A DNA stretch of 64,000 bases from Bacteroidales bacterium (GTDB taxonomy: Bacteria > Bacteroidota > Bacteroidia > Bacteroidales > JAADJA01), in NCBI GenBank assembly GCA_047920975.1, contig JBLRXC010000002.1, positions 3,061 to 67,060 of the forward strand, in the 5' to 3' direction. Made by a program: the position numbers and the translations under genes. The notes beneath the pieces were generated by a model. The model ran no database searches. It was not told where the DNA came from and saw only the letters and a list, made by a program, of their open reading frames with translations. Of this stretch, positions 19,208 through 28,660 are shown one piece after another (position 1 is the first letter of the stretch; the number at the start of each line of letters is the position of its first letter).

Positions 19208-21715
19208 ATGGAAAGAGTTACCCTGTTTGCAGATGTAATCCTACCGCTTCCTGTGCCCGGGAAGTTTACTTACCGGATTCCCTTCCACCTTAACGATTCT
19301 GTTGGGAAGTGGAGGAGAGCCGTTGTACAGTTTGGTAGCAAGAAGGTCTATACTGCCATTATCGTTGACGTCCATAAAAATCCCCCGTCCCATTTCAAGG
19401 TAAAATATATTCTGTCGCTGCTGGATGAAAAACCGGTGATGAATGAACTGCAGTACTCCTTCTGGCAATGGATAGCGGACTATTATATGTGCGAACTGGG
19501 TGAGTTGATGAATGCGGCCCTTCCCTCTGCGCTAAAACTGGCCAGCGAAACCCGGATCATTTTGAATCCGGATTTCGACAGGAATACAGATATTTTGAAT
19601 GAAAAGGAATACCTTACTGTTGAGGCTCTTGATATCCGGGGGAAACTGACTTTGAATGAGATAGAGAGCATCACCGGGCAAAAAAAAGTGTTTCCGGTGA
19701 TCAAGGGATTGATCGAAAAGAAAGTTGTTATCCTTGAGGAGGAACTCGAACAGCGTGTTAAACCAAAGCAGGAGACCTTTCTGACATTATCTGATTCATT
19801 TCGAAGCAATGAAAAACTAAGGGATCTGTTCGACCAGCTTGAAAAGAGGGCCTATAAGCAGCTTGAGGTGATGATGGCCTGGATAAATCTGTCGGAGTTC
19901 GGAACAGGAAAAGAAAGGAAAGTCAGCAGGCCGCAGTTGCTTGGAAAAGTAAAGAACGGGGCTCAGGCACTTGCAACGTTGACCGATAAGGGAGTGATTG
20001 AATTGTTCCAGGAAACCGTTAGCAGGCTTGATATGTGCAATCCAACTGCTCTTCCAGAGGATATTGTGTTTTCCACACACCAGCAGAATGCCATCGCAGA
20101 TATCAAAGCAGCCTTTTCCAAATCAGGGGTAGTTCTGTTGCATGGGATTACAAGCAGCGGTAAAACTGAAATTTATATAAAACTCATCCATGAAGTGTTG
20201 ATGCAAGGTAAACAGGTGCTCTACCTGCTTCCCGAAATTGCGCTGACAACGCAGATCATCAGCCGGTTACGGAAATATTTTGGCGATAAAGTGGGTGTTT
20301 ACCATTCGCGGTACAATGAGCAGGAGAGGGTTGAAATCTGGAACAAGGTGCTAATCAATAGTAACGCTTCAGAACAGCTTGGTCATGAATTTCAGAAATA
20401 CCAGGTTATTCTTGGACCGCGCTCAGCCGTTTTTTTGCCATTTTCCAATCTGGGACTGATCATTGTTGATGAGGAGCATGACCCCTCCTATAAGCAGTTT
20501 GACCCCGCACCGCGATACCATGCCCGTGATGCAGCGATCTATCTCGCTCATCTGCACCATGCGAAAGTTCTGTTGGGAACAGCCACCCCTTCCATTGAAA
20601 GCTATTTCAATACAGGTTCAGGTAAATATACCCTGGTGGAATTAGACAAACGGTTTGGCGATGTGCTCCTTCCGGAAATACTTATTGCAGATCTGAAGCG
20701 TGAGACCAGGTTTAAAACAATGAAATCTCATTTCAGCAGTGTATTGCTTGAGCAAATGGAGGAAGCACTCAGAAACAGGGAGCAGGTTATTCTCTTTCAG
20801 AATCGCCGGGGATATTCATTGAGGCTGTTGTGTGACACCTGTGGCTGGATTCCGGAATGCAAAAACTGCGATGTTTCATTGATATACCATAAGCAAAACA
20901 ACCAGCTCCGCTGTCATTATTGCGGCTATACAAGACGTGTACCTGAACGGTGTGATGCCTGCGGAAGTACTCACCTTCAGATGAAAGGGTTTGGCACTGA
21001 AAAGATAGAAGATGAACTAAGTATCCTCTATCCTGAGGTGAAAATCAAACGGATGGACCTCGATACAACCCGGTCAAAATTTGCATATCAAAACATAATC
21101 ACTGATTTTGAAAACCGGAGGATTGACATTCTGGTGGGAACCCAGATGGTAACGAAAGGCCTTGATTTCGATCATGTGAGGGTGGTTGGGATCATGAATG
21201 CCGACGGCCTCATCAGCTTTCCGGACTTTCGTGCGTATGAACGCAGTTTTCATCTGATGGCCCAGGTGAGTGGACGTGCAGGCCGGAAAGCGAAACGGGG
21301 AATAGTGGTTATTCAAACATATAATCCGCAACATTCGGTAATTAAGGATGTCATCAACAACGATTATGTATCCATGTACCGTAGCCAAATCCTGGAGCGA
21401 AGAAACTTTAAATATCCGCCATTCTATCGTTTGATCACCGTGATTCTGAAACACAAAGATCCCCGCATCCTGAATGATGGCGCAAGAGAAATGGCGATAA
21501 TCCTCAGAAATGATTTTAAAAACCAGATTCTTGGCCCTGAGTATCCGCTTGTTTCAAGGATAAAAAACCTTTATATCAAGCACATCATGATAAAACTGGA
21601 ACGGGATGCAACACTCGAAAGCAAGAAAAAACTGATTCATAAATCACTGGACCATTTCCGGGGAATGGCTGTATATAAAGCCTTAAGAATAATCATAGAT
21701 GTTGATCCGGTTTAA
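19208..21715 (+). CDS. priA: Primosomal protein N' (replication restart helicase PriA)
   Basis: Walker A motif GITSSGKTE, DEEH box (IVDEEHD), and a Cys-rich zinc insertion (CDTCGW..CKNCD...CHYCGY...CDACGS). 835 aa. Confidence 0.9.
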   Translation: MERVTLFADVILPLPVPGKFTYRIPFHLNDSVGKWRRAVVQFGSKKVYTAIIVDVHKNPPSHFKVKYILSLLDEKPVMNELQYSFWQWIADYYMCELGELMNAALPSALKLASETRIILNPDFDRNTDILNEKEYLTVEALDIRGKLTLNEIESITGQKKVFPVIKGLIEKKVVILEEELEQRVKPKQETFLTLSDSFRSNEKLRDLFDQLEKRAYKQLEVMMAWINLSEFGTGKERKVSRPQLLGKVKNGAQALATLTDKGVIELFQETVSRLDMCNPTALPEDIVFSTHQQNAIADIKAAFSKSGVVLLHGITSSGKTEIYIKLIHEVLMQGKQVLYLLPEIALTTQIISRLRKYFGDKVGVYHSRYNEQERVEIWNKVLINSNASEQLGHEFQKYQVILGPRSAVFLPFSNLGLIIVDEEHDPSYKQFDPAPRYHARDAAIYLAHLHHAKVLLGTATPSIESYFNTGSGKYTLVELDKRFGDVLLPEILIADLKRETRFKTMKSHFSSVLLEQMEEALRNREQVILFQNRRGYSLRLLCDTCGWIPECKNCDVSLIYHKQNNQLRCHYCGYTRRVPERCDACGSTHLQMKGFGTEKIEDELSILYPEVKIKRMDLDTTRSKFAYQNIITDFENRRIDILVGTQMVTKGLDFDHVRVVGIMNADGLISFPDFRAYERSFHLMAQVSGRAGRKAKRGIVVIQTYNPQHSVIKDVINNDYVSMYRSQILERRNFKYPPFYRLITVILKHKDPRILNDGAREMAIILRNDFKNQILGPEYPLVSRIKNLYIKHIMIKLERDATLESKKKLIHKSLDHFRGMAVYKALRIIIDVDPV

Positions 21716-21723
21716 TATCACAG

Positions 21724-22707
21724 ATGATGCTTATAATCAACCGTCCACATACAGATCCGTATTTCAATATCGCTGCAGAGGAATACCTGCTGAAAACCGT
21801 GGAAAGAAGTTGTTTCATGTTGTGGCAGAATGAACCCTGTGTTGTGGTTGGCAAACACCAAAATGCACTTGCTGAGATCAATTACCCATTTGTAAGGGAA
21901 AACAAAATTCCGGTCATAAGGCGTATATCCGGGGGTGGAACTGTTTTCCATGACCCCGGAAATCTGAACTTCACTTTTATTTCACAGGGAGAACAGGAAA
22001 AATTGGTCAATTTCCGAAAGTTCATTGATCCGATTGTAACCGCCCTTCGCAACCTTGGAGTTCGCGCTGAGTTTTCAGGAAAAAGCGATATCCGTGTGAA
22101 CGGGCTAAAAATATCAGGAAATGCTGCACATGTTTACAAAAACAGGGTGCTGCATCATGGAACGCTACTGTTTTCATCTGAGCTCAGTAAATTGGAACAA
22201 GTTCTCAGCATTACCACAGGGAAATTTCAGGATAAAGGAGTTAAATCGGTACGAAGTACTGTGGGAAATATCATTGAATTTCTTGACAGGAGGATCACAG
22301 CAGAAGAATTTAGGGACCTGGTGTTTCAAAAGATAGTGCAAACCATGAGCCCTGTTGAATTCCATGATTTAACAAAAGAGGACGTAGAGGCCATACGGTC
22401 ACTTGTTGATCATAAATACAGCTCATGGGACTGGAATTACGGTTATTCGCCCGATTACAGCCTCTTACATTCGGTTATGTATGGAAGTGTGAAATGGGCG
22501 CTTGATCTCAATGTGAAAAAGGGAATTATTTCCGGGGCAATACTTTCTGAAAATGGTTCTGCCTTCTCAGAGAACCAATCGTTTGAAAAACTGTTGAAAG
22601 GTAAAAAGCATAATTTTGCCGGGTTGGATGATTTTATCCGGGGAAACCGATCACTATTCGTTTCCATGGGTCTAACCCCGGAGTTAATCTTAAATCTTTT
22701 ATTCTGA
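21724..22707 (+). CDS. lplA: Lipoate-protein ligase A
   Basis: NIAAEEYLL, RRISGGGTVFHDPGNLNF and KISGNA motifs. 327 aa with the C-terminal LplA accessory domain. Confidence 0.85.
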   Translation: MMLIINRPHTDPYFNIAAEEYLLKTVERSCFMLWQNEPCVVVGKHQNALAEINYPFVRENKIPVIRRISGGGTVFHDPGNLNFTFISQGEQEKLVNFRKFIDPIVTALRNLGVRAEFSGKSDIRVNGLKISGNAAHVYKNRVLHHGTLLFSSELSKLEQVLSITTGKFQDKGVKSVRSTVGNIIEFLDRRITAEEFRDLVFQKIVQTMSPVEFHDLTKEDVEAIRSLVDHKYSSWDWNYGYSPDYSLLHSVMYGSVKWALDLNVKKGIISGAILSENGSAFSENQSFEKLLKGKKHNFAGLDDFIRGNRSLFVSMGLTPELILNLLF

Positions 22708-22708
22708 A

Positions 22709-23536
22709 ATGATTATGGAAAAAGCCAAACACTTGTTTGATCATCTCTGGAACGACTATATCTCCCTCAATCCCGAAGCCAGGAGAATTTATGACCTTTT
22801 TACCGCTGAAGGTGAGACAGTGGTGAACGACCATATTGCATTCAGAACCTTTGAAGATTCAAGAGTGAACATCGATGTACTGGCAAAACCCTTTATAGAG
22901 GCAGGATATGAATACAAGGGCGAATACAAGTTTGAGATAAAAAAACTCTATGCCCGCCATTTTGAGTTGGTCTCATTTCTTGAGGCACCCAGAATTTTCA
23001 TCAGCCAGCTAAAAACCAGTCTGTTCAGTCAATCGCTGCAAAATATAGTGAAAGAGATCATTGACCAAATCCCGGAAGAAATTCTGCAATCTGAAAGACT
23101 TGTCTATTCCGGTAATTTATGGGGAGCTCCCTCGCATAAAGTCTACCAGGAGTTACGGAAAGAATCGGAATATGCAGCCTGGGTTTATGTTTTTGGCTTC
23201 AGGGCAAACCATTTTACAGTGAGTGTTAACAACCTGAAAAAGTTTGGATCGCTTGAAAAGGTCAACCGGTTTTTGAAAGATCATGGATTTCTTCTGAACG
23301 ATTCTGCCGGTGAAATCAAGGGGACTCCTGCAGATTTACTTGAACAATCGAGCACCAGATCAGGCATCATACCGGTTACTTTCGCTGAGGGGACTTATCC
23401 GGTTCCTTCCTGTTACTATGAATTTGCAAGAAGGTACAACGACAGCTCGGGAAAACTTTACCTGGGTTTTGTTGCAAAGAGTGCCGATAAAATATTTGAA
23501 AGTACAGACTTTTACGAAAAGAAGTCAAACCAGTAA
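22709..23536 (+). CDS. DUF1338-family protein (short form of the HglS/YdcJ 2-oxoadipate dioxygenase/decarboxylase family)
   Basis: Contains the VNDHIAFRTF motif and later His/Glu positions typical of DUF1338 metal sites. 275 aa, shorter than the characterised HglS. Its start is 1 nt after the lplA stop. Confidence 0.6.
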   Translation: MIMEKAKHLFDHLWNDYISLNPEARRIYDLFTAEGETVVNDHIAFRTFEDSRVNIDVLAKPFIEAGYEYKGEYKFEIKKLYARHFELVSFLEAPRIFISQLKTSLFSQSLQNIVKEIIDQIPEEILQSERLVYSGNLWGAPSHKVYQELRKESEYAAWVYVFGFRANHFTVSVNNLKKFGSLEKVNRFLKDHGFLLNDSAGEIKGTPADLLEQSSTRSGIIPVTFAEGTYPVPSCYYEFARRYNDSSGKLYLGFVAKSADKIFESTDFYEKKSNQ

Positions 23537-23544
23537 TACACGCT

Positions 23545-26511
23545 ATGCAAATACAGGCAGCATCAGAAGAGGTTTACAGGCATATCCAGCTTGGTCTGGA
23601 AGAGCTTGCCTCGGAATTTGAAGGGGAATTGTCTGTTGATAAAGCGTTCCGCATCTTATATGCCACTGATGCGTCTGCTTACCGTGAGGTCCCTTTGGCG
23701 GTTGCTTTACCAAAAAGCAAAGAAGATGTAAGATTGCTGATACGTTTTGCCAAAAAACACAATACATCATTGATTCCTCGTACTGCGGGGACTTCACTGG
23801 CAGGTCAGGTCGTGGGCAGGGGTATTGTGGTCGATGTCTCAAAATACCTGACCAATATTCTTGAGATCAATGAAAAAGAGAAATGGGTGAAGGTTGAGCC
23901 TGGTGTTGTACTGGATGAACTTAACAAAATTCTGAGGCCTTACGGACTGTTTTTCAGCCCGGAGACCTCTACTTCGAACAGGTGCATGATCGGCGGGATG
24001 ATTGGCAACAACTCCTGTGGTGCTCACTCTTTGATACACGGTAGCACACGCGATCACCTGATATCAGTGAAAACTATGCTGAGCGACGGCACCGAGGCGG
24101 AGTTCAAATCATTGACAAAGGAAGAGTTCCTCAGGAAGAAGGACCTTAATTCCTTTGAAGGGAGCCTTTACCGAAACATTGATGAAATTTTGTCTGATCC
24201 TCTGAACCAACAAGAGATAAGGAAGGAATTCCCTCATCCCGGAATCCGCCGCAGAAATACCGGCTATGCCATTGACCTGTTGCTTGAATCAGAACCTTTC
24301 TCAGATGGAACTGAGGAATTTAATTTTTCAAAGCTGATCGCCGGCTCTGAGGGAACGCTGGCCTTCATCGCAGAAGCCAAACTGAATCTCGATCCGTTGC
24401 CTCCCCCGGTAACAGGGCTGGTTTGCGTACACTGCCATTCGCTTGAAGAGGCGCTGAATGGTAACCTGGTTGCTTTGAAGTATAACCCCGTCGCTATCGA
24501 GCTGATGGATCAGACCGTGATGGACCTGAGCAAACAGAATATCGAACAACGCAGGAACAGGTTTTTCATTCAGGGAGATCCGGAAGCCATGCTCCTTGTT
24601 GAATTTGCAAGGGATTCACAGGAGGAGATCATAGAGACCGCGGGTCGCATGGAGGTTGAGCTGAGAAAAGCAGGCTATGGGTATCATTTTCCCGTACTCT
24701 TTGGCCCCGACATCAGCCGCGTTTGGGCTGTGCGCAAGGCCGGCCTGGGTTTGCTTTCCAATATGCCGGGCGATGCAAAGCCTGTACCGGTGGTGGAGGA
24801 TGCTGCAGTCAGACCTGAAGACCTCCCTGACTACATCCGCGAATTCAATGAACTGCTTAAAAAGCATAATCTTGATTGTGTCTACTATGCACACATTGCC
24901 ACTGGGGAGCTTCATCTGAGGCCTGTGCTCGACCTGAAAAAACAAAAGGATGTTGACCTGTTCCGGACAATCGCTCATGAAACTGCACTGCTGGTAAAGA
25001 AATACCTGGGATCACTTTCTGGTGAGCACGGCGATGGTCGCCTCCGGGGTGAGTTCATCCCGGTCATGATCGGAGAGAAAAACTATGCTTTGCTCAAACA
25101 GATCAAAAAAGCGTGGGATCCCGAAAATATTTTCAATCCGGGCAAGATTACAGACACGGTCAGAATGAACACCTTCCTAAGGTATGAGCCGGGACAGGAA
25201 ACACGGGAGATCAAAACATTTTTTGATTTTTCGACTGACAGGGGGTTTCTGAGGAGTGCCGAGCGTTGCAACGGTTCGGGCGATTGCAGGAAGAGTGAGA
25301 TCATAGGCGGAACCATGTGTCCGAGCTACCAGGCTACCCGCGATGAACAAACGACAACCCGTGCACGTGCCAACCTGCTGCGGGAAATCATCACCAAATC
25401 AGAAAAAGAGAACCCTTTCGATCACCCTGAATTGTACGAGATACTGGATCTTTGCTTGTCGTGTAAAGGTTGCAAATCAGAGTGCCCCTCCAATGTCGAC
25501 ATGGCCAAATTAAAAGCCGAATTCCTTCAGCACTGGTACGACGCCAATGGTGTTCCCCTGCGTGCAAGAGCCATTGCCAACATTTCGCGGCTGAATAAAA
25601 TCGCCATGATGCTTCCGGGATTATCAAATGCTTTGCTGTCAGGCAGAATTACAGGACCGCTGGTAAAAAAATTCCTGGGTATTGCTCCCAAAAGGAGTAT
25701 TCCGGTACTTTTCAAAACAACACTGCGTGACTGGATCAATACCTTCGGTCAAAAATTTCAGCCCAAACCTGAAAATACAAAAGGGCGCGTCTATCTTTTC
25801 ATTGATGAATTTTCAAATTTCAATGACACGGAGACCGGGATTAAAACATTCAAGCTTTTTACAAAACTGGGCTACCGTGTGGAAGTACCGGACCACGTTG
25901 AGAGCGGGCGGTCATACATCTCCAAGGGGTTTCTGAGGAAAGCAAAAAAACTGGCAGAGAAAAATATCACCCTTTTAAAAGACCTTATTTCAGAAGATAC
26001 CCCCCTGATCGGGATTGAGCCATCCGGCATCCTCACCTTTCGGGACGAATACCCCGACCTGACCCGCGGCGCCCTGCAGGATGAAGCACGCAAATTGGGT
26101 AAAAACGCACTGTTGATCGAAGAGTTTATTGTGAGGGAGATGGAAGCAGGCCGGATCACAGCGGATGCCTTCACCACTAAGGAAAGTAAGATCAGGCTGC
26201 ATGGCCACTGCCAGCAGAAAGCCATTGCTTCCACCATTCCTACAAAGCAGATGCTGTCATTTCCCTTAAATTACAGTGTAGAGGAGATACCTTCCGGCTG
26301 TTGCGGCATGGCGGGTTCATTTGGATACGAGGTCGAGCATTACGACCTCTCCATGAAAGTGGGAGAACTGGTCCTTTTTCCGGAAGTGCGAAGGACCCCT
26401 GACGATACGATGATTGTCGCTCCCGGCACCAGTTGTCGCCACCAGATCAAAGACGGAACCGGCCGCAGGGCACTGCACCCGGTTGAGGTGATGTTTGGGG
26501 CGCTGAAGTAG
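23545..26511 (+). CDS. FAD-binding and Fe-S-binding oxidoreductase, YdiJ-like (candidate D-2-hydroxyglutarate / D-2-hydroxyacid dehydrogenase)
   Basis: 988 aa. It has an N-terminal PCMH-type FAD domain (RTAGTSLAGQ), an FAD-oxidase C domain, the 4Fe-4S motif CLSCKGCKSECP, and C-terminal CCG-type Cys-rich repeats (SGCCGMAGSFGYE). This is the same architecture as E. coli YdiJ. Confidence 0.75.
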   Translation: MQIQAASEEVYRHIQLGLEELASEFEGELSVDKAFRILYATDASAYREVPLAVALPKSKEDVRLLIRFAKKHNTSLIPRTAGTSLAGQVVGRGIVVDVSKYLTNILEINEKEKWVKVEPGVVLDELNKILRPYGLFFSPETSTSNRCMIGGMIGNNSCGAHSLIHGSTRDHLISVKTMLSDGTEAEFKSLTKEEFLRKKDLNSFEGSLYRNIDEILSDPLNQQEIRKEFPHPGIRRRNTGYAIDLLLESEPFSDGTEEFNFSKLIAGSEGTLAFIAEAKLNLDPLPPPVTGLVCVHCHSLEEALNGNLVALKYNPVAIELMDQTVMDLSKQNIEQRRNRFFIQGDPEAMLLVEFARDSQEEIIETAGRMEVELRKAGYGYHFPVLFGPDISRVWAVRKAGLGLLSNMPGDAKPVPVVEDAAVRPEDLPDYIREFNELLKKHNLDCVYYAHIATGELHLRPVLDLKKQKDVDLFRTIAHETALLVKKYLGSLSGEHGDGRLRGEFIPVMIGEKNYALLKQIKKAWDPENIFNPGKITDTVRMNTFLRYEPGQETREIKTFFDFSTDRGFLRSAERCNGSGDCRKSEIIGGTMCPSYQATRDEQTTTRARANLLREIITKSEKENPFDHPELYEILDLCLSCKGCKSECPSNVDMAKLKAEFLQHWYDANGVPLRARAIANISRLNKIAMMLPGLSNALLSGRITGPLVKKFLGIAPKRSIPVLFKTTLRDWINTFGQKFQPKPENTKGRVYLFIDEFSNFNDTETGIKTFKLFTKLGYRVEVPDHVESGRSYISKGFLRKAKKLAEKNITLLKDLISEDTPLIGIEPSGILTFRDEYPDLTRGALQDEARKLGKNALLIEEFIVREMEAGRITADAFTTKESKIRLHGHCQQKAIASTIPTKQMLSFPLNYSVEEIPSGCCGMAGSFGYEVEHYDLSMKVGELVLFPEVRRTPDDTMIVAPGTSCRHQIKDGTGRRALHPVEVMFGALK

Positions 26512-26565
26512 GGATATGATTGCATTATCAGGGAAATCTGGCGGTTGGACTTCATGGTAGGTTGA

Positions 26566-26722
26566 GATTGCTTCGTCACGGAAACCTTACGGTTTTCCCT
26601 CCTACCAATGACAGGGTTCCCGGGGATTGAAGGGGGAAGGGGTTCGGGCGAAGCCCGAACCCCTTCCCCCTTTTTAGAAACTAACCCCCTGTCATTGGTA
26701 GGGAGGCACGACCGAAACAATC
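26566..26722. repeat. Nested imperfect palindrome surrounding a GC-rich hairpin
   Basis: The outer arms are gattgcttcgtcacg (26566-26580) and gaggcacgaccgaaacaatc (26703-22), which are imperfect inverted copies. The 16-bp arms cctaccaatgacaggg (26601-16) and ccctgtcattggtagg (26687-702) are a perfect inverted repeat. The centre is the 18-bp hairpin at 26632-26670. Confidence 0.85.
26632..26675 (+). terminator. Strong intrinsic-terminator-like hairpin downstream of the ydiJ-like gene
   Basis: gggggaaggggttcgggc / gaa / gcccgaaccccttccccc is a perfect 18-bp stem with a 3-nt loop, followed by ttttt. It lies about 120 bp after the stop at 26511. Confidence 0.55.
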
Positions 26723-26828
26723 TTAGATTAAGCAAGCAAGATAACAGTTCTCAGGGAGGCACGACCGAAGCAATCCAAAACCCGGACAATTGAGTAACAA
26801 TTCATTAAGAGGCACGACCGAAGCAATC
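26703..26828. repeat. Three direct copies of GAGGCACGACCGAARCAATC at an exact 53-bp period
   Basis: The copies start at 26703, 26756 and 26809. A second short conserved block, TAACARTTC, sits at the same offset in units 1 and 2. The rest of each unit has diverged. Confidence 0.85.
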
Positions 26829-26979
26829 TGAATCAAACCAAAAATGAAAATATTGGAGGTTTGTAACGTAAATTAATGTAATTTTCCTGCTTCACTTTTT
26901 TTTAAAAAATGAACCAACAATGCTCTATGATAGATTACTTCATGAACAAATTACATACGAATAAAATAATGAGTTACCC

Positions 26980-27570
26980 ATGAATAATCAAAGGCAAATG
27001 AATCATAAAAAGCATTTAAATTTTAGAAACATAACCATCGGGAATTTCTCTCCTTTTCAAATTTTCTGTTTCCTGCTCATGGTTGCCTTTTTACAATGCT
27101 CTCAGGTTGCAAAGGAGAAGCCGGTTGAATTGCAGGGACTCTGGTGTTTCCTGGATACTCACGGAAATTACAATGAGGCATTTTTCGACGGAACAACCTA
27201 CAAAACCATGAACCGGTTTGTACCGGAGTCTCCAGCATATAATTACCGGGTTCAAAATGACACCCTTTTGTCGGATGTTGACAAACGGAAGTCAGGAATG
27301 AATCCAATAGCTGTATTGGAATGGATTCAGCGGGACCGTGTGGTTTTTATAGGAGAATTCGTCTCAGATACACTTTACAGGTTAAAAGATGCTTCGATTC
27401 ACCTGGGAAACAGCGAGCCCATTAAAGATTCCGCAAATTTCTGGCCGGCATTTTATTCTAGGTACGAGTCCTTTCTCATCAGCAGGGGTATTATCACTGA
27501 GGAAGATGCCCTGCAATTCAGGGAATCGGGAAAGATACCGGAAGATGTATTGGAGGAGATCAATCAATGA
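26980..27570 (+). CDS. Hypothetical lipoprotein
   Basis: The hydrophobic leader ends in a lipobox-like sequence (LLMVAFLQCSQ). I recognise no family. The exact start is uncertain. Confidence 0.55.
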   Translation: MNNQRQMNHKKHLNFRNITIGNFSPFQIFCFLLMVAFLQCSQVAKEKPVELQGLWCFLDTHGNYNEAFFDGTTYKTMNRFVPESPAYNYRVQNDTLLSDVDKRKSGMNPIAVLEWIQRDRVVFIGEFVSDTLYRLKDASIHLGNSEPIKDSANFWPAFYSRYESFLISRGIITEEDALQFRESGKIPEDVLEEINQ

Positions 27571-27571
27571 A

Positions 27572-28483
27572 TCAAAGTTTAAAAGCTTTCCCTTCAGAGG
27601 CCAGAAAGGTGTTTTCAAATACGCCTCTCGCCTCTGACACCAGTTCCTCTGCATTCTCGTAGCGGTTTGAAAAATGCCCGATCAGAAGTTTCTTTGCGCC
27701 TGCTTTTTTGGCTATGGTTGCCGCTTCGACAGCTGTTGAATGATATTTCTCTGCAGCAGATTCAGCCCGGTCGTGTAAAAATGTGGCTTCGTGGTATAGC
27801 AGATCAACATTTCTGATGAGCGGAATAATCGGCTCATGGTATTTTGTATCGGAGCAATAGGCGTATGACCTGGGAGGAATGGGTTCGGATGTCAGTGTTG
27901 CATTTTTGTGAATATTCCCTTTTTCATCTATAAAATCTTCTCCCTTTTTGATGTTCAGGAACTGATCAACCGGAATTTTGAGTGCATTGATCTTCTCTTT
28001 AAGGATTTTTCTGCTTCCCTTTTTTTCACGGAAGAGGAACCCGCAGGTCGGAACCCTGTGGTTCATGGGAATGGTGCTGACAGCCAATTTTTCATTTTCG
28101 AATATTATTTCATGAATATCAGGATTAATTGCATGGAAATGAAAAGGATAATTCAATTCAGTTTGTGAAGCTTCGAGTTGTATTTTGAGGATATGATCCA
28201 GTGGTTCTGGCCCGTAAACGTGCAACTCATCGTTTCTGCCGAGCAGGTGCATGGTTGAGATCAATCCTATCAATCCGAAATAATGATCACCGTGCAGGTG
28301 ACTGATGAAGATCTGGCTGATCCTTTGCATTTTGAGCCGGTACCTTCTTAACTGCATCTGCGTTCCTTCTCCGCAATCAATCAGAAAAATTTTCTGATTG
28401 TGATTGATGAGCTGTGCGGTTGGGTTGCGCTTAAGCGTTGGTATGGCCGAATTATTGCCAAGGATTGTTATATTGAATTCCAT
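27572..28483 (-). CDS. rnz: Ribonuclease Z (tRNA 3' endonuclease, metallo-beta-lactamase fold)
   Basis: MEFNITILGNNSAIPT..., the HLHGDH motif, and a 303-aa length typical of short RNase Z. Confidence 0.85.
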   Translation of the reverse strand: MEFNITILGNNSAIPTLKRNPTAQLINHNQKIFLIDCGEGTQMQLRRYRLKMQRISQIFISHLHGDHYFGLIGLISTMHLLGRNDELHVYGPEPLDHILKIQLEASQTELNYPFHFHAINPDIHEIIFENEKLAVSTIPMNHRVPTCGFLFREKKGSRKILKEKINALKIPVDQFLNIKKGEDFIDEKGNIHKNATLTSEPIPPRSYAYCSDTKYHEPIIPLIRNVDLLYHEATFLHDRAESAAEKYHSTAVEAATIAKKAGAKKLLIGHFSNRYENAEELVSEARGVFENTFLASEGKAFKL

Positions 28484-28624
28484 GATTGATTGTTATGCCT
28501 GACCGGCGAATTTACAGTTAAAATTTGAATCAGGATCTTAAACATCGAATAAATAGCATTTATAAAATTTCTGGTTGAAGGAGTGAACTTTATGTAATAT
28601 TCGCTGTTCCTGATTTTAATTGTT

Positions 28625-28632
28625 TATTTTTG
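28625..28632 (+). promoter_or_regulatory. Bacteroidota -7 motif TAttTTTG upstream of the beta-barrel OMP gene
   Basis: Exact TAnnTTTG match about 30 bp upstream of the ATG at 28661. Confidence 0.45.
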
Positions 28633-28660
28633 CCTTGTTTAACAACTAAAAATTAAATTT

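Noticed and set aside
26340-26793. ORFs 26340-26735 (-) and 26608-26793 (+) across the repeat element.
   Set aside because: They are translations of the palindrome, the GC hairpin and the direct repeats (Gly/Arg/Pro-rich). One overlaps the 3' end of the ydiJ-like gene. There is no coding signature.
26703-26828. The three evenly spaced direct repeats could be read as a mini CRISPR array.
   Set aside because: There are only three copies of a core about 20 nt long, shorter than typical CRISPR repeats. The intervening 'spacers' share a conserved block at a fixed offset, so this is a diverged 53-bp tandem unit. No cas genes or leader-like region occur anywhere in the window.
27568-27574. The convergent lipoprotein gene and rnz have stop codons only 1 nt apart, leaving no room for a terminator.
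   Set aside because: Such tail-to-tail packing is seen repeatedly in this window (for example CHAD/nqrF and DUF4197/DHOD-like) and in compact genomes generally. It is not evidence of anything unusual.
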